Of a stretch of 64,000 nt of DNA, positions 1 through 10,727 are shown one piece after another. Both the position numbers and the translations under genes were made by a program. Positions within the stretch are counted from its first letter, which is position 1. Each line of letters starts with the position of its first letter. The stretch is taken from the NCBI GenBank assembly GCA_963754945.1, contig CAVWIG010000017.1, positions 64,001-128,000 on the forward strand. The letters are read 5' to 3'. The notes below the pieces were generated by a model. That model saw only the letters and a list, made by a program, of their open reading frames with translations, had not been told where the DNA came from and made no database searches. The stretch comes from Methanotrichaceae archaeon (GTDB taxonomy: Archaea > Halobacteriota > Methanosarcinia > Methanotrichales > Methanotrichaceae).

Positions 1-131
1 CTATAATATCCGGCTCACGTAGCTTGTTGTTAATCCATTTGGCGTTACCAATACACTTTGACTTGTTGAATTACCAATACACCTCAATGGTTGGATCATT
101 AATCATTTAGCTACAAAAAGGGCAAAAAGCC

Positions 132-2126
132 CTACAGTTTCTTCTGCAGGGCTTCAACTAAACCGGGAACTTCATCTGCTCCTGTGGGCACAGCGATGGT
201 CGAACCATTGAAGTCCATGCCGATGGGTTCGTACCTTCCTCCTAAGTGCTTGGCCAGGAAGGCCTCTGCAACAGCATAGAACGATATCTTGTTCTCAGGT
301 CGAGCAAACCCATGGCCTTCGTCCGAGTAAATTGCATAGGTCACAGAGAGGTTTTTGGCACGCATCACGTTTACGATCTGGTCGGACTCGTTCTGTCTTA
401 CCCTTGGGTCGTTGGCTCCCTGGCCGATTAGCAGAGGTCGCTGGATTTTGTCCGCATAGTTAATTGGGGAACGTTCCTTGAGCAGTTCTCTGCCCTCTTT
501 CGTCCTGTAGTCTCCAACCCTCGATGTCCATAGCTCCACTTCGGGACGCCAGTACGCCGGGACGCTCTCTAAAAGCGAGGTCAGATTTGAGGGTCCGCAG
601 ATATCCACGCCGCATGAGAATAGCTTTGGAGTGAAAGTCAGACCGGCCAAGGTTGCGTATCCGCCGTAGCTGCCTCCCATGATCGCTATCTTCTCCGGGT
701 CGGCTATACCCTGTTTGATGGACCAGTTGACGGCGTCGACTAGGTCGTCCTGCATCTTCCTTCCCCACTCCAGGTTTCCTGCATTCGTGAAGTTCTTGCC
801 AAAGCCTGTGGACTCGCGGTAGTTGACGCTGAGCACTGCGTAGCCGCGATTGGCCAACCATTGGTGAACTGAATCGAAACCCCATTCATCGCGATCCCAT
901 GGACCTCCGTGAACGTACAGGACCATAGGGACTGGTTTTCCTGGCTTGCTGTCTCCGGACTTGTCGCTGCCTAGCGGCAGGGTGTAGTAGCTTACGAGGC
1001 TCATATTGTCCCGAGATTTGATCACAACGGGAATCATCTTGGCCAGAGGCTGACCCTCTAGCTTCTCCATGTTTGTGAGCAAGAACTTAGCCACGTTCTT
1101 ATCCCTGTCGTAGGAATAGTAGCGTACAGGGCCATTGTCCATTAGGTAAGCTACAATCCAGGTCTTATCGTCCAGAGTTCGATCCAGAACCTCGACATCG
1201 CCGTCCGCGACCTTCCGAAGATAATCCAGGTCGCTTGCTATGGACGGGTCGATGACAATCCAGTGTTTTCTCTCGTAGGTGAAGGCCACAGCCTGCACAT
1301 TCTTCTCTGTGGGGTGGACCATGCTGTCGCTGAAGTCCGCTTTCGGGTCCTCGGCAATCAGGGTCTCATTTCCGGTGCTAAAATTCATGACGAACAGTGC
1401 GGCCGTGTCCCTTCCGCGACTATCTATGAAGTAGACGTCTTTGTTGTTCTTATTGAACCCGAGGGAGCCTGTGGTCAAGAAATCGTCCTTTCCGATCGTT
1501 TGGAATAGTTCCCAGCCGTTCTTTGTGAGCTTGTATATCGCCTCACCACCATCAGAAGTCATCTTGTGGGCCAGCCTAACAGTTAGGTTATCGTCTACAT
1601 CAAAATCCATGTACTCCTTGTTCTCCATGAGAAGGGTCAGGTTGCCGGTTGTGATGTCCAATTTGTACAGGTCGCTGAACTCTGGATCTCGTTTGTTGAG
1701 GGAGATGACGGCATCGTGGGGGAACTTGGGGCTCAAGGCTTTGATGTTGGCCTGTACGCCCTCGAAAGGCGTGAGGTTCTTAACCAGGCCGCTGCTCAGG
1801 TTAACCGTGTATATCGAGTAGTTCTCGTTGCCGTTCTTATCCTGGAGGTACAGTAGGTCTTTGTTGGTGTAAGCCCAGCCGTAATCGTGGATTCCCCTGT
1901 AGGTGTCGTTGGTCACTGGCCTTGCCTTCTCTAGATGGCCGGCAGGTGCTACCCAGACGTTGAGCACGCCCTTAACCGGTGCCAGGTAGCTCATGTTTGA
2001 CCCGTCGGAGCTGATCCTGACCATTGTACGATCAGGGTTGCCGAAGAGCAGATCTCTGGGTATCAAGTGGCTGGTTTTGTTCACTTGTTCCAAGCTCATG
2101 TTCGTCGCCGCGATGCATCCCGGCAT
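132..2126 (-). CDS. S9 family (prolyl oligopeptidase/acylaminoacyl peptidase) serine peptidase, probably a secreted lipoprotein
   Basis: VHGGPW, GGSYGGY nucleophile elbow, GANDPRV and DEGHGF catalytic motifs; in-frame upstream extension to 2171 encodes a hydrophobic signal peptide. Confidence 0.92.
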   Translation of the reverse strand: MPGCIAATNMSLEQVNKTSHLIPRDLLFGNPDRTMVRISSDGSNMSYLAPVKGVLNVWVAPAGHLEKARPVTNDTYRGIHDYGWAYTNKDLLYLQDKNGNENYSIYTVNLSSGLVKNLTPFEGVQANIKALSPKFPHDAVISLNKRDPEFSDLYKLDITTGNLTLLMENKEYMDFDVDDNLTVRLAHKMTSDGGEAIYKLTKNGWELFQTIGKDDFLTTGSLGFNKNNKDVYFIDSRGRDTAALFVMNFSTGNETLIAEDPKADFSDSMVHPTEKNVQAVAFTYERKHWIVIDPSIASDLDYLRKVADGDVEVLDRTLDDKTWIVAYLMDNGPVRYYSYDRDKNVAKFLLTNMEKLEGQPLAKMIPVVIKSRDNMSLVSYYTLPLGSDKSGDSKPGKPVPMVLYVHGGPWDRDEWGFDSVHQWLANRGYAVLSVNYRESTGFGKNFTNAGNLEWGRKMQDDLVDAVNWSIKQGIADPEKIAIMGGSYGGYATLAGLTFTPKLFSCGVDICGPSNLTSLLESVPAYWRPEVELWTSRVGDYRTKEGRELLKERSPINYADKIQRPLLIGQGANDPRVRQNESDQIVNVMRAKNLSVTYAIYSDEGHGFARPENKISFYAVAEAFLAKHLGGRYEPIGMDFNGSTIAVPTGADEVPGLVEALQKKL

Positions 2127-2500
2127 CAGCAGGATAGTGAGAATAATAAGAATAATGATATATCCTTTCGTATTTTTTCCTCCAGATCATATCTATTTCT
2201 TCTTTCTCCGAGCACATTCATTCTTTCTTCGTTACCTTTTATGTATCATAAATTAGGACGTAGATAGATATAGACAAGGTCAATATAATAATGACGCTTT
2301 AACCTGTTTAAATTTCATGTCCTAAGTTAAACGCTCAAGCTAAACTAGCTGCAAAATGATTCGAGACTCTACAGATGACGATATCGATTTTATGGGTCGG
2401 CAACGTGTTCACTCTTAACCTACAATAGTCGGAGGATAGACACGCAGTTCCGCTTTGGGTACCTTTGACCACAAGACCTACATCCAAGCAATATGTACTA

Positions 2501-3681
2501 GTGCATCATAACATTAATTTTGCAAATTAATATAATGCCTGTTTAGCTTTAATCTTGCATCATTCTTCGTGAATTTCCATCTTACAGTAGTTTTTTTTGC
2601 GTTACGTTCTTGTGCCACACCGAAGCCTCTTTGGTTAAAGTATCGATGTCTCCAATCCGACGATCGAGGCATTGCTTCGATAGGGCTGAGAGTTCTATCT
2701 CAGCCATGTTGAGCCAGCTACCTTTCTTTGGCGTATAATAATATTCGAACTCCTTAGCCAGCTCAAACGCCTCTTCAGGCGCAAAAGCATTATAAAATGA
2801 GCCTGAAGTATGCGTATTGAGATTATCCTGGACCAGTCGAATGGATTCTACACCTGGATATTGCTGGGTAAGTTCTTTCATGAAATGGGCATAGTCCACC
2901 CTTGTTCTGTGCTCCATGACACGAATCATTCTTTTTCCTGCATGAAGGTCAAAGGCAATAAGGATGCAACATGTCCCGTTACGGACGTATTCATAATGCA
3001 CCTTCTTCGGACTGCCTGGTTTCATGGGTATAGGCACTAAGACATCGCCTATCAGTTGGCATGGCCTCTCGTCGAAACAAACCACAGGATGCCTCGGATC
3101 ATATGGTTGCTCGTACAGAGTTAATACATTTTCCATGTTCCAGATATATTCGCTCGTCATGCTCCCTATGCACCATCGCTGTTTGAGCCATGGCTTTATT
3201 TCATTTTTTTTAACGCTCTGCAAACGCTCATTCCTGAGATCGAGTCCACTTCCCCCAGCTCAACAAGCTTGTCGGCCAATAGATTCAGCGTCCATCTCGA
3301 TCTGCCTTCAGGCGGATCTGAGCAAGCAATGCCGGTCAGTTTAGCCTCAACTCGTGCATCTATCTTCGGAGGCGCTCCACTGCGAGATCTTTCATTCAAT
3401 GCAGATTCCAGGCCACCCTCGAAATATCTCTTTCTTATCCTCACTATTGTCGTTCTGCTCGCCTTCAATGCATCAATGATCTCCGCATCGGATTGCCCTC
3501 CATCGGCCAGGAGCAGTATTCTTGCGCGAGTTAAACTCCTTGCAGACGACTTCCCACGACGGATGTACTGGTTCAACTCTTCTCGTTCTTTCTCTTCCAG
3601 TTTCACACAGAATTTTGTTTTTCTTGCCACGATCTATATTCTAGACCTTTTATAAGATTTAAAACTTGCGTTATGGTGCAC
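2501..3681 (-). mobile_element. IS630-family element, copy 1 (1181 bp)
   Basis: Terminal inverted repeats GTGCA(T/C)CATAAC, flanking TA within CTAG at both ends; near-identical to 25743-26924. Confidence 0.92.
2514..3630 (-). pseudogene. IS630 transposase (orfA HTH 3196-3630 plus orfB DDE), with an extra 1-bp deletion near the 3' end
   Basis: DNLNTH and SWLNMAEIE motifs; orfA/orfB overlap at an A8 run; CC at 2615-2616 where copy 2 has CCC truncates orfB. Confidence 0.85.
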
Positions 3682-3694
3682 TAGGTTAACCGAT

Positions 3695-3958
3695 ATGAAG
3701 AGTGACGATGGAACTACTATCATGATAGCCGGAGGCACATTATATTTTGTAGGGTGTGTCGGATTGTTTACAAATTGGAACTCGTATCATATAATAGACG
3801 TCACCTCCAGTGTAACCTCTGGTCTGGGTCTGTTAACCACCTGTGTGGGGATATTGCTGATTGATAATTACCGGTTATTCAAAGCCTTTGCTTTGATATG
3901 CATTGCATTGATTTTGACCTTCGGGATTTCATGGATAGCACGTCTTTCTACTCTCTGA
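3695..3958 (+). CDS. Small hypothetical membrane protein
   Basis: 87 aa with three hydrophobic segments. Confidence 0.5.
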   Translation: MKSDDGTTIMIAGGTLYFVGCVGLFTNWNSYHIIDVTSSVTSGLGLLTTCVGILLIDNYRLFKAFALICIALILTFGISWIARLSTL

Positions 3959-4006
3959 CACCATTTAATATACGATTATATCGAGCATAATATCCAATTC
4001 ACATAA

Positions 4007-4058
4007 TCAAACGGCTGCGGCGCACTACGCAGCAGAGCTGCAGGGTATTACGATAAAA
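4007..4058. repeat. Mini copy of the IS200/IS605-type hairpin element family
   Basis: TCAAACG...GCAGCAGAGCTGCAGGGTATTACGATAAAA, similar to 18326-18378 and to the ends of 58192-58342. Confidence 0.6.
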
Positions 4059-4315
4059 ATAATTGCCAGGCTCTGAGCGGCCCTCTTTCATCCGGCCTCG
4101 ATGGTTTCATCCGAAGCCTTTTAGTCGGCCAGAGTTAGATAGACCGTGGTAAGGGAAAAAGAGACTCTTTACAGGGCACCCTCGTAAATACATCAAAGAT
4201 GATGAAGCAATCTGAAGAATAATGGATTCAGGCCGGGGAGTCACTGCAGAAAGAGTTAATCGATAAGAGCAAATCAATATTGCTTCTTAATGAGAGATAA
4301 GGAAACATAGAATCA

Positions 4316-6997
4316 ATGGCCGCAAGTAAAATTTCTCCTCTGATGGAGCAGTACTACAGCATAAAGAAGCAGTACCCGGATGCCATACTGCTGTTCAGGG
4401 TAGGCGACTTCTTCGAGACATTTGCAGAGGATGCCGTTACCGTCGCCAGGGACCTGAACATAGTCCTCACCTCCAGGCAGAAGGACGATGCCGGGAACAA
4501 AATACCCCTGGCGGGCGTTCCCTACCACGCTCTGGACGTCTATCTCGCTAGGCTTGTAAAGTCCGGGCACAAGGTCGTCATCTGCGATCAGGTGGAGGAC
4601 CCGAAGCTCGCCAAAGGGCTGGTGAAAAGGGAGATAACCCGCGTTGTCACGCCGGGGACGATAATCGAGCCTTCCATGCTGGAGGATTCCTCCAACAACT
4701 ACCTGGCCGCTGTTGTGCAGGATCAGGAGAGCGGCCGTGCTGGCCTGGCTTTCGTAGACGTCTCGACTGGAGAGCTTCTAACAACAGAGATCGAATCCGA
4801 TCGGCTGAAGTCGGAGATGGCCCGGTTTCGGCCCGCTGAGTGCCTTTCTTCTGCTTCTTCTGCCGATCTATCTCATCTATCTCTTGACGGCCTCAAGGCC
4901 CAATTGCTGGACGAACCAAGCTTTTCTTTGGATAATGCGAGATCGGCCTTAGAGGCTCAATTCGGCCAGGGCTGGGCGGAACGGTTCAGGCTGGCTGACA
5001 AAACGCTGGCAACCAGGGCCTGCGGGGCCATCCTCCAGTACCTCCACCAGTCCCATTTCGATGCTCTCGGCCACATAAATGAAATCCGGCTCTACTCCTG
5101 CTCGGAGTTCATGGTCCTGGACGAGATCACCCTGCGAAACCTCGAGCTGATGAGGAACATCAGGGATCGCTCAAGAAGGGGAACTCTGCTGGAGTACTTG
5201 GACCAAACACAGACTCCGATGGGTTCCAGGACTCTGACAAAGTGGATCCAGATTCCATTGGTCTCCCTGCCCGAGATAAAGCGACGGCTGGATGCCATAG
5301 ATGAGCTGATAAAGAATCCAGTCCTTCGGACCAGCCTGGGAAACATGCTGAAGGGAGCTGCAGATCTGGAAAGGCTGGTCGGACGGGTCTCTTGCGGCGC
5401 TGCGACTCCCAAGGATATGGTGGCCCTCAAGAGCACTCTTGAGAGGTTGTCCGGACTCTTCGAGGCCCTGAATAACTGCAATAACTGCGGATCGCCCGAT
5501 AGAGCCGATAGAGCAAATCAATCATATCCATCATATCTCGAAGATCTGCATTCCCGGCTAGATCCAGTTCCTGTAACGGATGTCATCGGCCTCGTGGGCC
5601 GCTCTATTGCTGACGATCCTCCAGCCAACACCCGTGACGGTGGGATTATCCGGAACGGCTTTGACAAAGAGCTAGACGATCTCAGGTCAATTCTCAGAGA
5701 CAGCAAGGCCTGGATCTCCCGAATGGAGAACTCGGAGAAACAGCGTACGGGCATAAAATCCCTGAAGGTCGGCTATACCGGCGTCTTCGGCTACTACCTC
5801 GAGGTGTCAAGAGCAAACCTGCATTTGGTTCCTGAGAATTACCTGCGTAAGCAGACCCTTGCCAACGCCGAGCGCTTCATAACTCCCGAGCTGAAAGAGA
5901 CGGAGGCAAAGGTGATATCAGCCCAGGAGAGGTCGGTAGCCCTTGAGCAGGAGATCTTCGCGCGTGTCAGGTCAGAGGTGGCGGAGCACGCCAGGGAGAT
6001 TCAGTCCAGGGCCATCGCCCTGGGTGAGCTGGATGTGCTCTGCTCCCTCGCTGCGGTGGCCTCGGAGAACACGCTAGTCAAGCCCGAATTCAACTCTGAG
6101 GGCAGGATCGCCCTCCGAGACTCCCGCCACCCAGTCCTGGACAGGGCCATGAAGGGCGGCTTTGTGCCCAACGACGTTTACCTGGGCACGGGCACTAGCC
6201 GACTCATCATCCTGACAGGACCCAACATGGCAGGCAAGTCCACCTTCATGCGGCAAGTGGCCCTGGTCGTCATCATGGCCCAGATGGGCTCCTATGTTCC
6301 AGCATCTTTTGCCTCTCTGGCCGTTGTTGATCGGATATTCACACGGGTAGGTGCCTACGACGACCTATCCGCCGGCCAGTCCACTTTCATGGTTGAGATG
6401 ACCGAGCTTGCCAACATCCTCGATAACGCCAGCAAGGATAGCCTGGTCCTCCTGGATGAGGTTGGCCGGGGCACAAGCACCTTTGACGGCCTGGCCATCG
6501 CCTGGGCCATCTCCGAGTACCTTCACAACGTTGTCAAGGGCAAGGCCATCTTCGCCACCCACTACCACCAACTCACTCAGTTGGAAGGAGTTCTGCCGGG
6601 AGTCAAGAACTACAACATGGCCGTTAAAGAAGAGGGTGGCTCGATTACCTTCCTGCGGTCTGTAGTGCCCGGAGCCACAGACAAGAGCTATGGAGTCCAT
6701 GTGGCAAAGCTGGCCGGGGTTCCAGATGCGGTTATCAAGAGGGCGAACGAGGTTCTCAAGGAGATTGAGAGTGAGACGGTGATAGATCCTCTGGCAGGCT
6801 CGAAGAGAGGCAGAAAGTCATCGAAGTACACCCAGTTGATCTTCTTTGACCAGCCGGGTGGAGAACCGAGCCTACAGGAAAAGCAGATACATAGCGACCC
6901 AGTTGCGGATGAGATCCTTCGATTGGATCTTGATGCGATGACTCCACGCGAGGCGCACGGCAAGCTGGCAGAATACCAGAAGAGGCTGAAAGGATAG
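4316..6997 (+). CDS. mutS: DNA mismatch repair protein MutS
   Basis: PLMEQY, FRVGDFFE, TGPNMAGKST Walker A, STFMVEM, DEVGRGT, ATHY, SYGVHVAKLAG. Confidence 0.97.
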   Translation: MAASKISPLMEQYYSIKKQYPDAILLFRVGDFFETFAEDAVTVARDLNIVLTSRQKDDAGNKIPLAGVPYHALDVYLARLVKSGHKVVICDQVEDPKLAKGLVKREITRVVTPGTIIEPSMLEDSSNNYLAAVVQDQESGRAGLAFVDVSTGELLTTEIESDRLKSEMARFRPAECLSSASSADLSHLSLDGLKAQLLDEPSFSLDNARSALEAQFGQGWAERFRLADKTLATRACGAILQYLHQSHFDALGHINEIRLYSCSEFMVLDEITLRNLELMRNIRDRSRRGTLLEYLDQTQTPMGSRTLTKWIQIPLVSLPEIKRRLDAIDELIKNPVLRTSLGNMLKGAADLERLVGRVSCGAATPKDMVALKSTLERLSGLFEALNNCNNCGSPDRADRANQSYPSYLEDLHSRLDPVPVTDVIGLVGRSIADDPPANTRDGGIIRNGFDKELDDLRSILRDSKAWISRMENSEKQRTGIKSLKVGYTGVFGYYLEVSRANLHLVPENYLRKQTLANAERFITPELKETEAKVISAQERSVALEQEIFARVRSEVAEHAREIQSRAIALGELDVLCSLAAVASENTLVKPEFNSEGRIALRDSRHPVLDRAMKGGFVPNDVYLGTGTSRLIILTGPNMAGKSTFMRQVALVVIMAQMGSYVPASFASLAVVDRIFTRVGAYDDLSAGQSTFMVEMTELANILDNASKDSLVLLDEVGRGTSTFDGLAIAWAISEYLHNVVKGKAIFATHYHQLTQLEGVLPGVKNYNMAVKEEGGSITFLRSVVPGATDKSYGVHVAKLAGVPDAVIKRANEVLKEIESETVIDPLAGSKRGRKSSKYTQLIFFDQPGGEPSLQEKQIHSDPVADEILRLDLDAMTPREAHGKLAEYQKRLKG

Positions 6998-6999
6998 AG

Positions 7000-7048
7000 A
7001 TGCCGATGCAGAAGATCGATTCCTGGATGAGGACACCATAAACAAATT
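7000..7048 (+). pseudogene. mutL: N-terminal stub of MutL
   Basis: ATG 2 nt after the mutS stop; with a 1-nt correction reads MPMQKIRFLDEDTINK, matching the MutL N-terminal pattern (I..L.E..INKIAAGE), then similarity stops. Confidence 0.65.
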
Positions 7049-7278
7049 GATAAATACCTCTACAAGGACAGGATATATAGAGAAAAATTGGCGGTACGTG
7101 TTTAGTTCCCACTGAATCGCTCGCTTGATGCTGTTTCGAGTTAACGAATACGTGCTCACCAATAACTTGCGCCAGAATGAAAAACAATATCAATAGACGA
7201 AGTTACTTGGAATTTGCTCTCTTATTACTGACCACGTGAGATGTTCACCAACTGGGTTTATTGATGCTGATTGAGGTG

Positions 7279-7292
7279 AGCTAAACACATAC
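7279..7292. repeat. Orphan IS66-like terminal sequence
   Basis: AGCTAAACACATAC, identical to the end at 13075-13088 and the reverse complement of 14481-14494. Confidence 0.55.
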
Positions 7293-7349
7293 AATTGGCG
7301 AAAGCAATGCAGCTCGGCCGCAATAAATTGAGGAGTTGACCCTACTACC

Positions 7350-8648
7350 ATGATGCATGCCACATTCGACAATTGGATTCGACAAGAAGCGATTCCGTTC
7401 TCCGTCGATTCGTCTGAAACCTTCAACGCCGCCGTCGATAAGGTCATCGCCTCACTTGACTACTCGGTGGAGTTGCTTGGCTTTGGAGAAGCACTCCACG
7501 GCGACGAGGAGATTCTTATGCTCCGCAACCGGCTCTTCCAACGATTGGTGGAGGCGCATGGCTACAGCGCCATCGCAATCGAGAGCAGTTTCCCCAGGGC
7601 GAACGTAGTGAACGAGTACGTGGCGGGTCGCGGTCCAGTATCGTATGACGCTCTGCAAGAGGCCGGATTCAGCAACGGCTTTGGCCGGCTCGACGCGAAT
7701 CGTGAACTTGTGGAGTGGATGAGGGCGTACAATGCCGATCCAACGCACCGCATCAAACTCCAGTTCTACGGCTTCGACAGTCCGACAGAGATGATGTTCA
7801 GCGATAGTCCAAGAAAGGTTCTTCATTTTGTTCTAGATTACCTCGTCTCGATTGATAGTGACAGTGGCCAGGAGCATCGCCAGCGCATTGACCCGCTTCT
7901 TGGCCAGGACTCCGATTGGGAGAACCCCGCTGCAATGATGGACCCGACTAAATCGGTAGGCCGTTCCCCAGCTGCAACTGCGCTCCGGATTGAGACTGAG
8001 GAACTCATTGCAGAACTGCAAGTACGCCATCCCGAATTGGTGGCCAAAAGCGACGGAAATCGGTATTTGGAAGCCGTGCATTATGCAAAGGTCGCACGGT
8101 GGCTGCTGAACTATCATGCTACATTGGCGCGACAGTCGGACGCGGGCGAACGGCTTGTCAGGGGCCTCGGCCTTCGAGATGCGATGATGGCGGATAATCT
8201 GGAATACATGGTATCCCGTGAACATGGTCGAGGGAAAGTGCTTGCCTTCGCTCACAACAGCCATCTGAAGCGCGGAAAGGCGGAGTGGCAACTGGGCACT
8301 GACCTATTGACATGGTGGCCTGCGGGAGCGCACCTCTGTGAGATCTTCGGCCCGCGCTATGCAGTCATCGGAACGGCCGTTGGCGTTTCTGATGCCAATG
8401 GCATCGGCCAGCCCGAACCAGGCACTATTGAGGCGAGGCTGACGGCCGTTCCGGGGCCGGAGCGGTTCATTCCAACCCACGAAGGGCAGGGGCTTCCAGC
8501 CTCGGCAATCGCAGCTCTTCCGATTCGTTCGGGCAGCATGAAGAACCCGACCTACTTCCCACTAACTCCCCAAAGCTTCACCGATTTCGACTGGCTGGCT
8601 GTCCTGGATAGAACGGCATACAGCCGTGGTGGGCCGTCGCTGCAATAA
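7350..8648 (+). CDS. Erythromycin esterase (EreA/EreB-like) family protein
   Basis: GFGEALHG, AIES, ELVEWMRAYN, FYGFD, RDAMMADN, FAHNSH motifs. Confidence 0.88.
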   Translation: MMHATFDNWIRQEAIPFSVDSSETFNAAVDKVIASLDYSVELLGFGEALHGDEEILMLRNRLFQRLVEAHGYSAIAIESSFPRANVVNEYVAGRGPVSYDALQEAGFSNGFGRLDANRELVEWMRAYNADPTHRIKLQFYGFDSPTEMMFSDSPRKVLHFVLDYLVSIDSDSGQEHRQRIDPLLGQDSDWENPAAMMDPTKSVGRSPAATALRIETEELIAELQVRHPELVAKSDGNRYLEAVHYAKVARWLLNYHATLARQSDAGERLVRGLGLRDAMMADNLEYMVSREHGRGKVLAFAHNSHLKRGKAEWQLGTDLLTWWPAGAHLCEIFGPRYAVIGTAVGVSDANGIGQPEPGTIEARLTAVPGPERFIPTHEGQGLPASAIAALPIRSGSMKNPTYFPLTPQSFTDFDWLAVLDRTAYSRGGPSLQ

Positions 8649-8814
8649 TGGACGCTAGCACCAAGCGGTAAACTCTTCGACGTTCTGGCAGCCGTCAGTG
8701 GCAGCGGGACGTTCGGATCGACGCGACTGGCGTGGGATTGGGTACTGGAACGATTGTGGGAATCGTCATCGACGGTCGGAGGGGCAACTCTCCTCGGCCT
8801 TCCAGGAGATCAGA

Positions 8815-10727
8815 CCGGAGTTTATAAGATCTTTTAAAAAACGGTCGTTACATGTTGAAAGATGTAGGGTCTAAGGAAGAATTAATTCATTCTGGAAGAT
8901 ATTGGCCGAGTTGGAGTTTGCTGAAGACGTCTGCAGTATTTTTGTTCATGTCTTCGACCACAAAATCGAATTTCGTTCTGCTCGCTTCATGAGCTTCTGC
9001 GTTGTAGATAACACCAAGCCTTACTTGATCCAAATAGTGTGCCAATCGTTCTATCGATAATTCGGAATCATTAATAACATAGAGCAGATAATTATATAAT
9101 AAGATTCCGACGACACATAAGAACACATGTGCCCTGATTTTACTATCTTTGCGGACATACGTTGGTTTCAAGGGTATCAACAATCGATCTTTTAACCATG
9201 CGATATCCGTTTCAATTTGGTTGCGCGAATCATACAATTCCGATATCTGGCGCGAAGTTAATTCCATCATATCCGTAAATATGACGGTTTTTCCCATAGA
9301 AGATACATGCTCTTGGATGCGAGTTTCGTTCAGCTGGAAATCGAGCTGCAACTTTCGATCTACTTCGACAACCTTATAATCAAATAAACCGCGATATTGC
9401 TTTGGAATTGCATCTACAACCCGATTGATCAGACCCTTTGGAGTCAATTTTCTACCTTTGCCATTTCTGTTTAATTTTAATTTTATATTCTCTATATCAT
9501 TTAGAATTTCATCTTTAACTCGGTTCCATTCAGCTAGCTGTTTTTGTTGAGTTCGTTCGTTATATCTAATTATTCCTATAAAATCATGACTATACCAGCG
9601 TTTTGCTGTTCGATAGGCTCTTAAGGGATTTTCATGGGCGTTCGTCCAAGTCTCATTGAATTCCGAAATCGGAATCTGAAAGAGTTCTTTGCACATCGAC
9701 TCAGGCAAGGAACCGACAACATGCATTCGCTCCACTGCTTTTTGAATATTTTCTGTCGAATTCATACCCCGATCAAATATTATCGCGATGTCTTTTGAAG
9801 GAATATCGATATCATGAAGCCTTTTGCAGATACTATCAATCAGACCTGAGAATAATTGTGTATCGTTCTTGTTTGCAGGATATACAAATGAGTTGAACGG
9901 AATATTATGATCCGATGTGGTCAATCCTATTCCAATCAGATTCTTATCGTATCTCTTCTCTTTTGAGTTCCCTTTTTGTGGCAAGGTTTCTCCACGATCG
10001 ATATGAGTATAAAAATTCGTGGTATCAAATATTAGTCGTGTAGGTTTAAGTCCACGTTTAATCAAGCTACGAGATATATCAAGTTCAATGTTCTGAATGG
10101 TCTTTTCATCTAATTCATTCATATAATTAAGAAAGTTTTGACTAGAGAGTTTATATTTTGGGTTCCAAAAGAATTGAAGCGAACTCTCTTTGAAGTATTC
10201 GTCGAGAACGTTCCGGCTTAAGGCATGCTCAGATCTACCGATGATCATCAGAAGAAGGTATTGTGCAGGAGTAAGGCCACCGAGCTTCTTTCGATCTATA
10301 TTCCGGTTTATGCTATCTGTTAAACCTACTTCTTCAGCTGCCTTTATAAAGGCTGCAGGTTTCCCAAAAGAAAAAGAAGCAATATGGGCGGGCTTTTTCG
10401 AAGAGAAAAGCTCATTGACTTTATCAGGAGATCCTACGCATTTTTGCATCACTTGGACTACCTTTCCATTTATGCGTTGGTTCTCGATGAGATAGAGATA
10501 CTTGCGCCCTTTGATGGTTTTTATCTTGAAGTGCACCACGTATATTAGACCCTACAAGTGGATAAATGTTTCGATCATCTAACCGATTCTGAAGCAAATA
10601 ATGGGTTTAATCGCATGTTTTCATAAGATAACTAAACGACAATGACGCAAGAAAATATAAAAATTTGTTAGACCCTACAAGAAACGATACGTGCTGATGG
10701 GCTGGGCCAATATTTTATAAACTCCGG
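8815..10727 (-). mobile_element. IS1634-family element
   Basis: Terminal inverted repeats CCGGAGTTTATAA; 5-bp target duplication TCAGA at 8810-8814 and 10728-10732. Confidence 0.9.
8887..10539 (-). CDS. IS1634-family transposase
   Basis: FDTTNFY, GNSKEKRYD, FDRGM, Y..R..IE, IRAHVFLC motifs. Confidence 0.9.
   Translation of the reverse strand: MVHFKIKTIKGRKYLYLIENQRINGKVVQVMQKCVGSPDKVNELFSSKKPAHIASFSFGKPAAFIKAAEEVGLTDSINRNIDRKKLGGLTPAQYLLLMIIGRSEHALSRNVLDEYFKESSLQFFWNPKYKLSSQNFLNYMNELDEKTIQNIELDISRSLIKRGLKPTRLIFDTTNFYTHIDRGETLPQKGNSKEKRYDKNLIGIGLTTSDHNIPFNSFVYPANKNDTQLFSGLIDSICKRLHDIDIPSKDIAIIFDRGMNSTENIQKAVERMHVVGSLPESMCKELFQIPISEFNETWTNAHENPLRAYRTAKRWYSHDFIGIIRYNERTQQKQLAEWNRVKDEILNDIENIKLKLNRNGKGRKLTPKGLINRVVDAIPKQYRGLFDYKVVEVDRKLQLDFQLNETRIQEHVSSMGKTVIFTDMMELTSRQISELYDSRNQIETDIAWLKDRLLIPLKPTYVRKDSKIRAHVFLCVVGILLYNYLLYVINDSELSIERLAHYLDQVRLGVIYNAEAHEASRTKFDFVVEDMNKNTADVFSKLQLGQYLPE

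Noticed and set aside
45-82. TTACCAATACAC repeated twice, 26 bp apart
   Set aside because: Only two short copies at the window edge; too short for a CRISPR repeat-spacer unit
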